A stretch of DNA of 44,227 nucleotides from NCBI GenBank assembly GCA_016866375.1, contig VGMK01000001.1:1-44227 (forward strand). Direction: 5' to 3'. The first letter of the stretch is position 1, and each line of letters starts with the position of its first letter. Positions 26,953 to 36,054 of this stretch are shown in pieces. A program made the position numbers and the translations under genes. The stretch is from Bacteroidota bacterium (GTDB lineage Bacteria > Bacteroidota > Bacteroidia > Flavobacteriales_D > Crocinitomicaceae). Below the pieces are notes generated by a model that was given only the letters and a program-made list of their open reading frames with translations, made no database searches and was not told the origin of the DNA.

Positions 26953-27411
26953 ATGCCCCACCTCGAACCCACATACCTCCGCTACATCTACGATGGCCTT
27001 ATCAAAGGAAGTATCCACCCGGAGAATGCTGCTGAATTACCTGATGGTTTGATTGGTATGTATGAAGAAGCCTTCGACGAGCGGACTTCGGTGGTGGAAC
27101 GCCAAAAACTGTTGCAACACTTTGCAATTTGGGCTTTGTTGAAGAAAGAGGTAAGTGCAGCTTTTGTATCCGAAGTTTTAGGAGAAACCGAAGACGACAT
27201 CCAAGAATTCATTTCCACCTACAGTGCCTGGTTCAACAGCCCAGAGAGCGGCAAATATCAATTGTACCACGAGCGATTGAAAGTGTATTTGTTGCAGAAG
27301 TTGAGTGAGGGGGAAGTTCATTCACTGCATGAGAAACTGATTACTCGTATAGAAAGAGCCATTGAAGAGCAAAAAGCGGATGAATTTGAGTGGTATGGGT
27401 TGGAGTTTTTA
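26953..27411 (+). repeat. Copy 1 of a dispersed direct repeat (shared 5' module of the three sensor genes)
   Basis: First 48 nt identical to copy 2. High nucleotide similarity through codon ~122 to both other copies, and through codon ~153 to copy 3. Confidence 0.85.
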
Positions 27412-30400
27412 ACTTCACATTTGGCAATTGCCGCTATGCTCAATGGTGATGGTAAGAAACTGATCAAACTTGCTTATTCCCAAACACATTGGCAACGCCA
27501 ATTGAAAATCAGCAAAGGGTATTCCTGGACAAAAAACAGCTTACAAGAAGTGATGGCCTGGGCTTCTAAATACAATGACGACGAGGTCATTGAATGTGGC
27601 TTGCAGATGGTTGATTTGCACCATCAGGAACAGAATGCAGCGCCTCAAATAGTGGCATTAGTAGCCGAGGGAGAATTTGACGCTGCACTCAAACGTATTG
27701 AGCAATTTGGAGGAAGTGACAAGGAGGGCTTGCAACGGAAGTTTATTTTATATATGCTATGCTTAATGGAGCTTACTTTACTTGGTAGTAAGGATAAACC
27801 AAACCGAAAAGTTGGAATTGACAAATTACTGAAGCATTTAGATGAGCAATTGCCGGTAGATTATTCTATTTTAAAATGGAATGATTTCTTTCCGAGTAAT
27901 ACCATGTTTTTATTGGCATGCGAATGGCATGCATTACGACTCGATTATTTAATTCCGTTCAAAAGAACCGATGCTTGGAATACAGACTGGCTTTCTGTAA
28001 AAGGGCCATATAACGATTCACAATTCGAGATTTTAATTGCCTGTGCAACAGGGATAAGTGATGATAATAGGAAGAGTAGCGCGCTAAAATTCATCAGTGC
28101 CGAACTGGCTAAACAAGGTAATATAGAAGAAGCCCTTGCCTGCGCAACAGGGATAAGTGAAGAGTCAGATAAGAGTAGCGCGCTAAAGGACATAAGTGCC
28201 GAACTGGCTAAACAAGGCAAGATAGAAGAAGCCCTTGCCTGCGCAACAGGGATAAGTTCTGATAGGGCAAAGAGTAGCGCGCTGGCGGCCATCTCCACCG
28301 AACTGGCTAAACAAGGCAAGATAGAAGAAGCGGCATCTGCGATGCAGAAAGCCCTTGCCTGCGCAACAGGGATAAGTGCTGATTGGGCAAAGAGTAGCGA
28401 GCTACAGGACATCAGTGCCGAACTGGCTAAACAGGGTAAGACCAAAGAAGCTGCATCTGTGATACAGGAGGCGCTTGAATGTGCCCGAGCCATTAGTGAT
28501 AATATACTTAAGAGTATGGCGCTAAAGGACATCAGTGCCGAACTGGCTAAACAAGGCAAGATAGATGAAGCCCTTGCCTGCGCAACAGGGATAAGTTCTG
28601 ATTGGGCAAAGAGTATGGCGCTAAAGGACATCAGTGCCGAACTGGCTAAACAGGGGAAGACTGAAGAAGCAGCATTTATGATGCAGGAAGCTCTTGAATG
28701 CGCCCGCGGCATTGATATTAACAATAGAGGTTTGATTAACAAGGTTAGAGCGCTAAAGGACATCAGTGCCGAACTGGCTAAACAAGGCAAGATAGATGAA
28801 GCCCTTGCCTGCGCAACAGGGATAAGTGATGAGTCAGATAAGAGTAGCGCGCTAAAGGATATCAGTGCCGAACTGGCTAAACAAGGCAAGATAGAAGAAG
28901 CGGCATCTGCGATGCAGAAAGCCCTTGCCTGCGCAACAGGGATAAGTTCTGATATGGAAAAGAGTAACGCGCTAAAGGACATCAGTGCCGAACTGGCTAA
29001 ACAAGGCAAGATAGATGAAGCCCTTGCCTGCGCAACAGGGATAAGTGATGAGTCAGATAAGAGTAGCGCGCTAAAGGACATCAGTGCCGAACTGGCTAAA
29101 CAAGGCAAGATAGAAGAAGTGGCATCTGCGATGCAGAAAGCCCTTGCCTGCGCAACAGGGATAAGTTCTGATATGGAAAAGAGTAACGCGCTAAAGGACA
29201 TCAGTGCCGAACTGGCTAAACAAGGTAAGATAGATGAAGCCCTTGCCTGCGCGATAGGGATAAGTGATGAGTCAGATAAGAGTATGGCGCTGAATGACAT
29301 CAGTGCCGAACTGGCTATACAAGGCAAGTTAGATGAAGCCCTTGCCTGCGCAACAGGGATAAGTTCTGATTGGGCAAAGAGTGACGCGCTAAAGGACATC
29401 AGTACCGAACTGGCTAAACAAGGCAAGATAGAAGAAGCCCTTGCCTGCGCAACAGGGATAAGTTCTGATAGGGCAAAGTGTAGCGCGCTGGCGGCCATCT
29501 CCACCGAACTGGCTAAACAAGGCAAGATAGAAGAAGCGGCATCTGCGATGCAGAAAGCCCTTGCCTGCGCAACAGGGATAAGTTCTGATAGGGCAAAGAG
29601 TGTGGCGCTGAACGACATCAGTGCCGAACTGGCTAAACAAGGCAAATTAGAAGAAGCCCTTGCCTGCGCAACAGGGATAAGTGGTGATAATCTGAAGAGT
29701 AGCGCGCTGAAGGACATCAGTGCCGAATTGGCTAAACAAGGCAAGATAGAAGAAGCCCTTGCCTGCGCAACAGGGATAAGTTCTGATAGGGCAAAGAGTA
29801 GCGCGCTAAAATTCATCACTGCCGAACTAGCTAAACAAGGTAAGATAGAAGAAGCGGCATCTGCGATGCAGAAAGCCCTTGCCTGCGCAACAGGGATAAG
29901 TTCTGATTGGGACAAGAGTGACGCGCTAAAGGACATCAGTGCCGAACTAGCTAAACAAGGCAAGATAGATGAAGCCCTTGCCTGCGCAGCAGGGATAAGT
30001 AATGATTATTGGAAGAGTAGCGCGCTAAAGGACATCAGTGCCGAACTGGCTAAACAAGGTAAGATAGATGAAGCCCTTGCCTGCGCGATAAGGATAAGTG
30101 ATGAGTCAGATAAGAGTATGGCGCTGAAAGACATCAGTGCCGAATTGGCTAAACAAGGCAAGTTAGAAGAAGCCCTTGCCTGCGCAACAGGGATAAGTTC
30201 TGATAGGGCAAAGAGTAGCGCGCTAAAATTCATCACTGCCGAACTTGCTAAACAGGGCAATTGGACGCTTGCAGAAACTACAGGCTTGGAGATTCCGTTA
30301 TCAAATATTAGACATCTTTGTTGGCAGAATATTGCAAACAATTTTATTAACGAAAACAGTTGGCAGAGGTCTTTGGAAATGGTAAATCAATTTCAAAATT

Positions 30401-30648
30401 TCGAGGCAAAGAATCACTACTTAAAAGGTTTTTCGGATTCAATACGTGCATACGAATGTTCAGAAAATCTATTTCTTTCGGTAAATAGATTTTATTTAAA
30501 TAACTTAGATTCATTAGAAACACTTTTACAAAAACATGCGTTGCATCAATTGTTTTTCCAAGATGCTTCGGCAGTAAAGTTAGAACGCTTTAACCGCACA
30601 CTGAATATCCAATGGGCGATAGACATCAAAAACCAATTACCAAACTAA
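26953..30648 (+). CDS. Sensor arm 1: STAND-type helical/winged-helix module plus about 21 tandem 33/40-aa helical (TPR-like) repeats
   Basis: N-terminus PTYLRYIYDGL...LPDGLIGMYEEAF...KLLQHFAIWALLKKEVSAAFVSEVLGETEDDIQEFIS..SAWFNSPESGKYQLYHERLKVYL fits the post-NTPase PLYL...winged-helix (Y.F.H..L..YL) pattern of NACHT/NWD-like STAND proteins. Then the repeat ACATGIS....KS.ALKDISAELAKQGK.EEAL. Confidence 0.8.
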   Translation: MPHLEPTYLRYIYDGLIKGSIHPENAAELPDGLIGMYEEAFDERTSVVERQKLLQHFAIWALLKKEVSAAFVSEVLGETEDDIQEFISTYSAWFNSPESGKYQLYHERLKVYLLQKLSEGEVHSLHEKLITRIERAIEEQKADEFEWYGLEFLTSHLAIAAMLNGDGKKLIKLAYSQTHWQRQLKISKGYSWTKNSLQEVMAWASKYNDDEVIECGLQMVDLHHQEQNAAPQIVALVAEGEFDAALKRIEQFGGSDKEGLQRKFILYMLCLMELTLLGSKDKPNRKVGIDKLLKHLDEQLPVDYSILKWNDFFPSNTMFLLACEWHALRLDYLIPFKRTDAWNTDWLSVKGPYNDSQFEILIACATGISDDNRKSSALKFISAELAKQGNIEEALACATGISEESDKSSALKDISAELAKQGKIEEALACATGISSDRAKSSALAAISTELAKQGKIEEAASAMQKALACATGISADWAKSSELQDISAELAKQGKTKEAASVIQEALECARAISDNILKSMALKDISAELAKQGKIDEALACATGISSDWAKSMALKDISAELAKQGKTEEAAFMMQEALECARGIDINNRGLINKVRALKDISAELAKQGKIDEALACATGISDESDKSSALKDISAELAKQGKIEEAASAMQKALACATGISSDMEKSNALKDISAELAKQGKIDEALACATGISDESDKSSALKDISAELAKQGKIEEVASAMQKALACATGISSDMEKSNALKDISAELAKQGKIDEALACAIGISDESDKSMALNDISAELAIQGKLDEALACATGISSDWAKSDALKDISTELAKQGKIEEALACATGISSDRAKCSALAAISTELAKQGKIEEAASAMQKALACATGISSDRAKSVALNDISAELAKQGKLEEALACATGISGDNLKSSALKDISAELAKQGKIEEALACATGISSDRAKSSALKFITAELAKQGKIEEAASAMQKALACATGISSDWDKSDALKDISAELAKQGKIDEALACAAGISNDYWKSSALKDISAELAKQGKIDEALACAIRISDESDKSMALKDISAELAKQGKLEEALACATGISSDRAKSSALKFITAELAKQGNWTLAETTGLEIPLSNIRHLCWQNIANNFINENSWQRSLEMVNQFQNFEAKNHYLKGFSDSIRAYECSENLFLSVNRFYLNNLDSLETLLQKHALHQLFFQDASAVKLERFNRTLNIQWAIDIKNQLPN
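28039..30260 (+). repeat. In-frame tandem repeat array, 99-bp and 120-bp units, about 21 copies
   Basis: gcctgcgcaacagggataagt...gccgaactggctaaacaaggcaagatagaagaagccctt recurs head to tail. It leaves long stop-free antisense ORFs. Confidence 0.95.
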
Positions 30649-31013
30649 TGCCCCACCTCGAACCCACATACCTCCGCTACATCTACGATGGCCTTGTAAA
30701 AGGAAGCATCCATCCGGAGAATGCCGCAGAATTACCAGACGGCCTCATTGGCATGTACGAAGAAGCCTTCGATGAGCGCACTTCCGTGGTGGAACGCCAA
30801 AAACTGTTGCAACGCTTTGCCATTTGGGCACTTTTAAAGAAAGAAGTGAGTGCAGCATTTGTATCCGAAGTTTTAGGCCAAACTGAAGACGACATCCAAG
30901 AATTCATTTCCTCCTACAGCGCCTGGTTCAACAGCCCAGAAAGTGGCAAATACCAGTTGTATCACGAGCGCTTGAAGGTGTATTTGTTGCAGAAGATGAG
31001 TGAGGGGGAGGTT
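30648..31013 (+). repeat. Copy 2 of the dispersed direct repeat
   Basis: See copy 1. Similarity ends abruptly after the gagggggaggtt segment. Confidence 0.85.
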
Positions 31014-33146
31014 GCTGAATTAAATTCTAAAATTGTTGAATTTCTTCTGCATAAAGTAAATGATGCGCAGGAAAATGAATCGGTTCTTTACTGTTTTGAA
31101 AATCTATCATTTCACTTATTTTTAAATGGATATCTAACGGGGGAAAGTGCACTTTTGGCTCAATTTTGTCTTGATGATAATTTTAAAAAACGACAATTTG
31201 AACTATCTGGTTATTATGACTGGGAAGAAAAAATGATGGTTTTAGGAGTGGAATACTTTTCCCTCAAACAAGATTCGATTTGTCATCAAATAGTATTTGA
31301 GAAAACAAAAATACAATTTAAGAAAAAGAATATTGATCTTATAATTTCTTTACTTAAGCGAGATAAATTTGAATTATTATTTTCATTATTTAAATCATTA
31401 TATGAAAAAGAACTTGAGCAAAGGATAGCAACCGCTTATTTGTATCATTTAACTTTTTTTGAAATTTTTGAATTGGAAAACAAAAGTTTTATACTGAAAA
31501 AAGAAATTGCAAATCAACTTTTAGAAACTTTCGAAGAATATTTCATTTGGGATAGAGGTTATTATTTGGCACAGTTTATTGATGTAAATATATTATTTCG
31601 CTTACACTGCTATTTTGTGCAATTTGGTTTAGATTTTAAAAAAATCGCTATTCTTTCATCTGATCAGAATACAGAATATTATGGTTTGGACATTAGGTAC
31701 GAAGATTTAAAGTTTATTGATCCAAAGCATAAGGAAGAAGCAATTACCATTCTACAACTTTTTAAAATATTCGATTACGGTATTAGTTATGTTGAGAAGT
31801 CGAAAATTGTAGATTTAGTTGATGAATTAACTAATAATCCGATTAACAATAAACATTATGCTTTTAGAAGTCATCTGCAGAAAAAGCTTCAAATTATTGG
31901 TAAAACAAAATTGCTAAAACAAAACGATTTGATCGAAATTGTTGAAAATGAAGTTCATTCGTTCAAAGAATTGATTTTGAGTATAAAATTTATTTTAGGA
32001 ATTAATGAGTTAACACATCATTTGAAAAGAGAGGCAAGCTTGCTTTTCCAAAAGACTTTATTAGAACAAGCTAATGGTAAATTGGAGTTTTCAGGTTACT
32101 GGCATAGAAATGATTTAAAAATAATTAAATTAGATAATAAAATAAGCTCAAATCAAACTCAAATATTGGATTTATTGACTGTTGAGTCGTTCGGTTCAAT
32201 GGACCCAAAATCTAGATTCGACGCGTTGAATAAAGTTGTTTTTAGCGAAGAATTAGAGGTTGAAATACTCCTTGCTTTTTTAGATTTATCACTCTTTTTT
32301 GATGGTAATGAGAACAAAGATATTCTAGATCTTTTTTCATCGTTATTTGTGGAATTTATTTTGGACACAGATGAAGAAAAGATAATGCTATACACGTCAA
32401 AATTGTTTGACTCATTAGCAAATATGGAACACCATTCTGAGGAGTTTGAAGATAAAATATTTGATATAACAATCAATTTTTTTAAGAGTAATGATTTCAA
32501 TGGATATTCCAAAAGCACCTTGGTAAATTATCAAGAGAGTATTCTTAACCTATATTTCGACTTCAATTTCTATAATTATTCTTTCAAACAAGGTATTGCA
32601 TTAATTAATTTGTTTAATCAGCATCAAATTGATTTTCCAGAAGAAGAAATCATAGAAAGAATTCTTGAAGATCTTGATGCTATGATTGAAGAGAATGATT
32701 ACAATGAAATGTGGGTTATTGAAAACTCAAAAATTGACCGAGTTTATTCAAAATCCTATTTCTCGGATTTTTACGATTGTGTAAAAAGAATCCAAATAGA
32801 ACAGGTAAGAAATAATTTGAGTGAATATATTTTTGAGTCGATTATTGAACTGAAAGGCCTTAATTACAACACCATTTCCTTTTTTAGAGAAAATGCAAAT
32901 GAATACCGAGGAATGTATTTATGGGCCAAAAAACGCTTAAGTCAGAAATTATTTGAAAAAAATGAAGAGTTATCCTATGTTGTGTTAAAAGACAACAACG
33001 ATTTATTATTGGAGCGCTTACTTCTGAATATCGTCTCCAAAAGAGAAAATTTGAAGGAAGAAATTAAAATTGAAACTCTCAAACATTATGGCTTGGATTG
33101 GGTAATTGAATTGGATAATGAGTATGAAAAATTAATTGCCAACTAA
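30648..33146 (+). CDS. Sensor arm 2: same N-terminal STAND helical/WH module plus an unrelated AT-rich helical C-terminal region
   Basis: Start set at MPHLEPTYL (the ATG overlaps the upstream TAA as TAATG). 5 substitutions relative to gene 1 in the first 122 aa, then complete divergence after SEGEV. Confidence 0.8.
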   Translation: MPHLEPTYLRYIYDGLVKGSIHPENAAELPDGLIGMYEEAFDERTSVVERQKLLQRFAIWALLKKEVSAAFVSEVLGQTEDDIQEFISSYSAWFNSPESGKYQLYHERLKVYLLQKMSEGEVAELNSKIVEFLLHKVNDAQENESVLYCFENLSFHLFLNGYLTGESALLAQFCLDDNFKKRQFELSGYYDWEEKMMVLGVEYFSLKQDSICHQIVFEKTKIQFKKKNIDLIISLLKRDKFELLFSLFKSLYEKELEQRIATAYLYHLTFFEIFELENKSFILKKEIANQLLETFEEYFIWDRGYYLAQFIDVNILFRLHCYFVQFGLDFKKIAILSSDQNTEYYGLDIRYEDLKFIDPKHKEEAITILQLFKIFDYGISYVEKSKIVDLVDELTNNPINNKHYAFRSHLQKKLQIIGKTKLLKQNDLIEIVENEVHSFKELILSIKFILGINELTHHLKREASLLFQKTLLEQANGKLEFSGYWHRNDLKIIKLDNKISSNQTQILDLLTVESFGSMDPKSRFDALNKVVFSEELEVEILLAFLDLSLFFDGNENKDILDLFSSLFVEFILDTDEEKIMLYTSKLFDSLANMEHHSEEFEDKIFDITINFFKSNDFNGYSKSTLVNYQESILNLYFDFNFYNYSFKQGIALINLFNQHQIDFPEEEIIERILEDLDAMIEENDYNEMWVIENSKIDRVYSKSYFSDFYDCVKRIQIEQVRNNLSEYIFESIIELKGLNYNTISFFRENANEYRGMYLWAKKRLSQKLFEKNEELSYVVLKDNNDLLLERLLLNIVSKRENLKEEIKIETLKHYGLDWVIELDNEYEKLIAN

Positions 33147-33148
33147 CC

Positions 33149-33607
33149 ATGCCCCACCTCGAACCTACCTACCTCCGTTACATATACGATGGCCTTATCA
33201 AAGGAAGCATCCATCCGGAGAATGCCGCCGAATTACCAGATGGCCTCATTGGCATGTACGAAGAGGCCTTCGATGAGCGCACTTCAGTAGTAGAACGCCA
33301 AAAACTGTTAAAACGCTTTGCCATTTGGGCATTATTGAAGAAAGAAGTGAGCGCTGCATTTGTTGCGGAAATATTGGGAGAAACAGAAGATAACATCCAA
33401 GAATTCATTTCCACCTACAGCGCCTGGTTCAATAGCCCAGAAAGTGGCAAGTACCAGTTGTACCACGAGCGCTTAAAAGTGTATTTGTTGCAGAAGTTGA
33501 GTGAGGGGGAGGTTCATGCGCTTCACGAAAAACTCATTGGAAGATTAGAAAAGGCCATAAAGGAACAAAAAGCAGATGAATTTGAGTGGTATGGGTTGGA
33601 GTTTTTG
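33149..33607 (+). repeat. Copy 3 of the dispersed direct repeat
   Basis: See copy 1. Confidence 0.85.
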
Positions 33608-35458
33608 GGATATCATTATTCAATTGAAAGTAAATCAACAAAAGACTCAAAAATTGCCAAAGATTTTTTTAACCTGTTTTATGATTTCCAATCATCAAAG
33701 AAGATTCTCAAAAGGCAACAAGAGCTTTCCAATTCTTATAAGTGGTCAAAAGAAAACCTTCATCTTTTGAGTGAACTAGGGATCATTTTTAATTCATATA
33801 AAATATTTAATATTTCAGATATAGCTTGTGAAATTCATAAAGAAGAGTATGATATTATTGAAAAATTAGAAAAACTCTTGATTGATGGGAATAATAACCA
33901 TGCAATTGATTTAGTTTCTGAGCTTCATGCAGATGAGTTAGAATTAATAGAAATAAAGATTTATCATTTATTATTTGTACTATTTTCAATTGAGGATGAA
34001 AATAGTATTAAAAACGTTGTTCTTATTCTTGAAGATTTATTGTCTAAAAATGCTGGTGAGCTGTTCGATTTAGAAGAAGATATACTTCGAAATATCGGAG
34101 AACCGTCAAGTCTAATTTTTTCAATTTGTACGAAAATAGAATGTTTTGGGTTTTCTTCAGAATTTATAATTCAAAGTTGTAATGACTGGGAATCGAGGGG
34201 ATTCTTGTCAGATTCCAAAAATAATTTAATTGATTATAGAAGCATTATTGATGTAATAAAGTCAGTAATAATTCAAAGAAATAGTGACTTTTATTCTATC
34301 AATATTGAATTCGAAAAGCCAGAAAAGTTCATCGATAACTACTTAAAGACATTAGAATTATTGGAGTCTGTAGAAAATTTCAATGACGAGGCGGAGGTAT
34401 TTCATTATTTTATTTCAAATAAAGGAGCGTTTAATTTAACGAATGTATACGCATTAGTAAAATGTTTTCAATCCTTCAAATCTCAAAATGTAAAGGATAT
34501 TTTGGTAGATAAGTTTTGGGAAATTTTAATTCTAGATTTAGATGTTATTGATTACATTTTCGATTTATCAAATAACGTTACCTTAAATAGACTGGCATAT
34601 ACTAAGTCTGAGGTTTTATCTGAAATTTCCTCAATTAGTCAATCCCCGAAAATATTGGATTCTTGCAGAGCAATAATTGAAATAAGAAATCAAAAAGATT
34701 ATCTAGAAAAATTAGACATTTCTTTTTGTAGCAGATTTGATTCATCATTTGAATTCAAATTTCATTGTTTACAAGCAGTACTAAATCCCGAACAAAAAAA
34801 AGTCTGTTTAAATTTAAAGTATCTTTATTTTAAAGAATTATTCGAATCGAATATTGAAACAGATATTTTAAATTATAATATTGACATTTTAGAAGAGTTC
34901 GTGGCCTTTTGCACCTTTTGCAAACAAAAATATAGTGAACTTATAGATGAGCTTGTTACTTGTTTTGTTAACAATCTTGGGCACTATGAGAAGTGGCAGT
35001 TTGATGAAAATTTATTTTTTTTAATCGACGAAATGAACAAAAAGAGTCTATCTATTGAGGCTTACAAAATCTTGGATATGATGAAAACACCACTGATTCA
35101 AAAAGTGACACTAATGAAGTCATTTGCGAATTGGGCGTTCTTTAATAATCATTCACTGTCATTTAAAAGTGAAGAACTTGCTTTCATTAGAAATGAACAT
35201 CGACAATATGTTATTCTAGGTTGGTTAAAAGATGGTTACGGTTCAGTATCATTTGATTTAAACGTTGGTAATGAATTGCCTTACGTTCCAAATTCGCTTA
35301 TTAATCAAAGTTTATATCTGGAAAATCAAATATTTATAATTGATAGACCAGATATACTTAAATTATTTTCCTTGAAACTAATTGAGGAAGAAAATAATAC
35401 TGAAAAGATGAAATCATTTTTCCCCTTTATTTACAGTACTTTAGAAAACTCCAATTAA
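33149..35458 (+). CDS. Sensor arm 3: same N-terminal module plus a third, unrelated AT-rich C-terminal region
   Basis: ATG 2 nt after the upstream stop. 5 substitutions relative to gene 1 in the first 122 aa. Shares the extension VH.LHEKLI.R.E.AI.EQKADEFEWYGLEFL with gene 1 only. Confidence 0.8.
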   Translation: MPHLEPTYLRYIYDGLIKGSIHPENAAELPDGLIGMYEEAFDERTSVVERQKLLKRFAIWALLKKEVSAAFVAEILGETEDNIQEFISTYSAWFNSPESGKYQLYHERLKVYLLQKLSEGEVHALHEKLIGRLEKAIKEQKADEFEWYGLEFLGYHYSIESKSTKDSKIAKDFFNLFYDFQSSKKILKRQQELSNSYKWSKENLHLLSELGIIFNSYKIFNISDIACEIHKEEYDIIEKLEKLLIDGNNNHAIDLVSELHADELELIEIKIYHLLFVLFSIEDENSIKNVVLILEDLLSKNAGELFDLEEDILRNIGEPSSLIFSICTKIECFGFSSEFIIQSCNDWESRGFLSDSKNNLIDYRSIIDVIKSVIIQRNSDFYSINIEFEKPEKFIDNYLKTLELLESVENFNDEAEVFHYFISNKGAFNLTNVYALVKCFQSFKSQNVKDILVDKFWEILILDLDVIDYIFDLSNNVTLNRLAYTKSEVLSEISSISQSPKILDSCRAIIEIRNQKDYLEKLDISFCSRFDSSFEFKFHCLQAVLNPEQKKVCLNLKYLYFKELFESNIETDILNYNIDILEEFVAFCTFCKQKYSELIDELVTCFVNNLGHYEKWQFDENLFFLIDEMNKKSLSIEAYKILDMMKTPLIQKVTLMKSFANWAFFNNHSLSFKSEELAFIRNEHRQYVILGWLKDGYGSVSFDLNVGNELPYVPNSLINQSLYLENQIFIIDRPDILKLFSLKLIEEENNTEKMKSFFPFIYSTLENSN

Positions 35459-35463
35459 ATAAT

Positions 35464-36054
35464 ATGCGAACAATTAAACACAAATTTTATGAAAACCCAC
35501 TTCCGTCATGGGAGTGCAAGACCCTAATTCTAGGTACATTCAATCCAGAAATTGGTTCTGATGCTGATTACTATTATGGACGAATTCGACCAACAGGCGG
35601 TTGGAGCAATCGATTTTGGCCAGCAGTTAATTCTTATCTCGAAGTCAATTGTCTGGAAATTCCGCTCGCTGGAAAAGGTGATTTAAATTCAAAAGTCAGA
35701 ATAATGTCTAAGTTCAAATTTGGATGTGTAGATATTATTTCTCGAATTGAATGCAGGAATGAGGAGTATATTACAGGGAACGGCTTCGCAGATGCAGCAA
35801 TTTTTCATCCACATAACAAAGTTTATTTTAATACTGAGTTGATTATTGATTTTATCAATTCTAACGGAGTAAAGAAGGTCATTTCTAGTTTCGGCAGAGG
35901 AACTTCACTGAATCAAAGTGCTTTAGCTGAAATAGATAGCATTAAAATTGCATGTACAAAAGTTGATTTTCACTTATTTGATTTACCTGCCTTCGGAAGA
36001 CCAATGAAATCGACCGAGCAGTTTGGAAAGGAATTGTTTAAATTTATTTTATGA
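35464..36054 (+). CDS. Uracil-DNA glycosylase superfamily protein (deoxyinosine/MUG-like pattern)
   Basis: CKTLILGTFNPEIGSDADYYYGRIRPTGGWSNRFWPAV resembles the LILGSFPS...YY.h..N.FW N-terminal motif of UDG-superfamily glycosylases. ATGA overlap with the next gene. Confidence 0.45.
   Translation: MRTIKHKFYENPLPSWECKTLILGTFNPEIGSDADYYYGRIRPTGGWSNRFWPAVNSYLEVNCLEIPLAGKGDLNSKVRIMSKFKFGCVDIISRIECRNEEYITGNGFADAAIFHPHNKVYFNTELIIDFINSNGVKKVISSFGRGTSLNQSALAEIDSIKIACTKVDFHLFDLPAFGRPMKSTEQFGKELFKFIL

Noticed and set aside
27945-29963. 672-aa minus-strand ORF, plus 29389-29640 and 30006-30341, running antisense through the repeat array.
   Set aside because: These are stop-free only because the tandem repeat lacks stop codons in that frame. 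The plus-strand frame is continuous with a conserved N-terminal module shared by two downstream paralogs and with a unique C-terminus, so the plus strand is the coding strand.
28039-30260. Possible CRISPR array, given the regular short repeats.
   Set aside because: The units are contiguous 99/120-bp in-frame coding repeats with no unique spacers, no cas genes and no leader.
26953-35458. Shufflon, invertible cassette or DGR-type diversification of the three sensor genes.
   Set aside because: The shared modules are direct repeats, not inverted ones. There is no reverse transcriptase, template repeat or nearby invertase, and the only recombinase is 25 kb away. Each copy has its own ATG and is translationally coupled. 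Homologous recombination or gene conversion remains possible and is reported separately.
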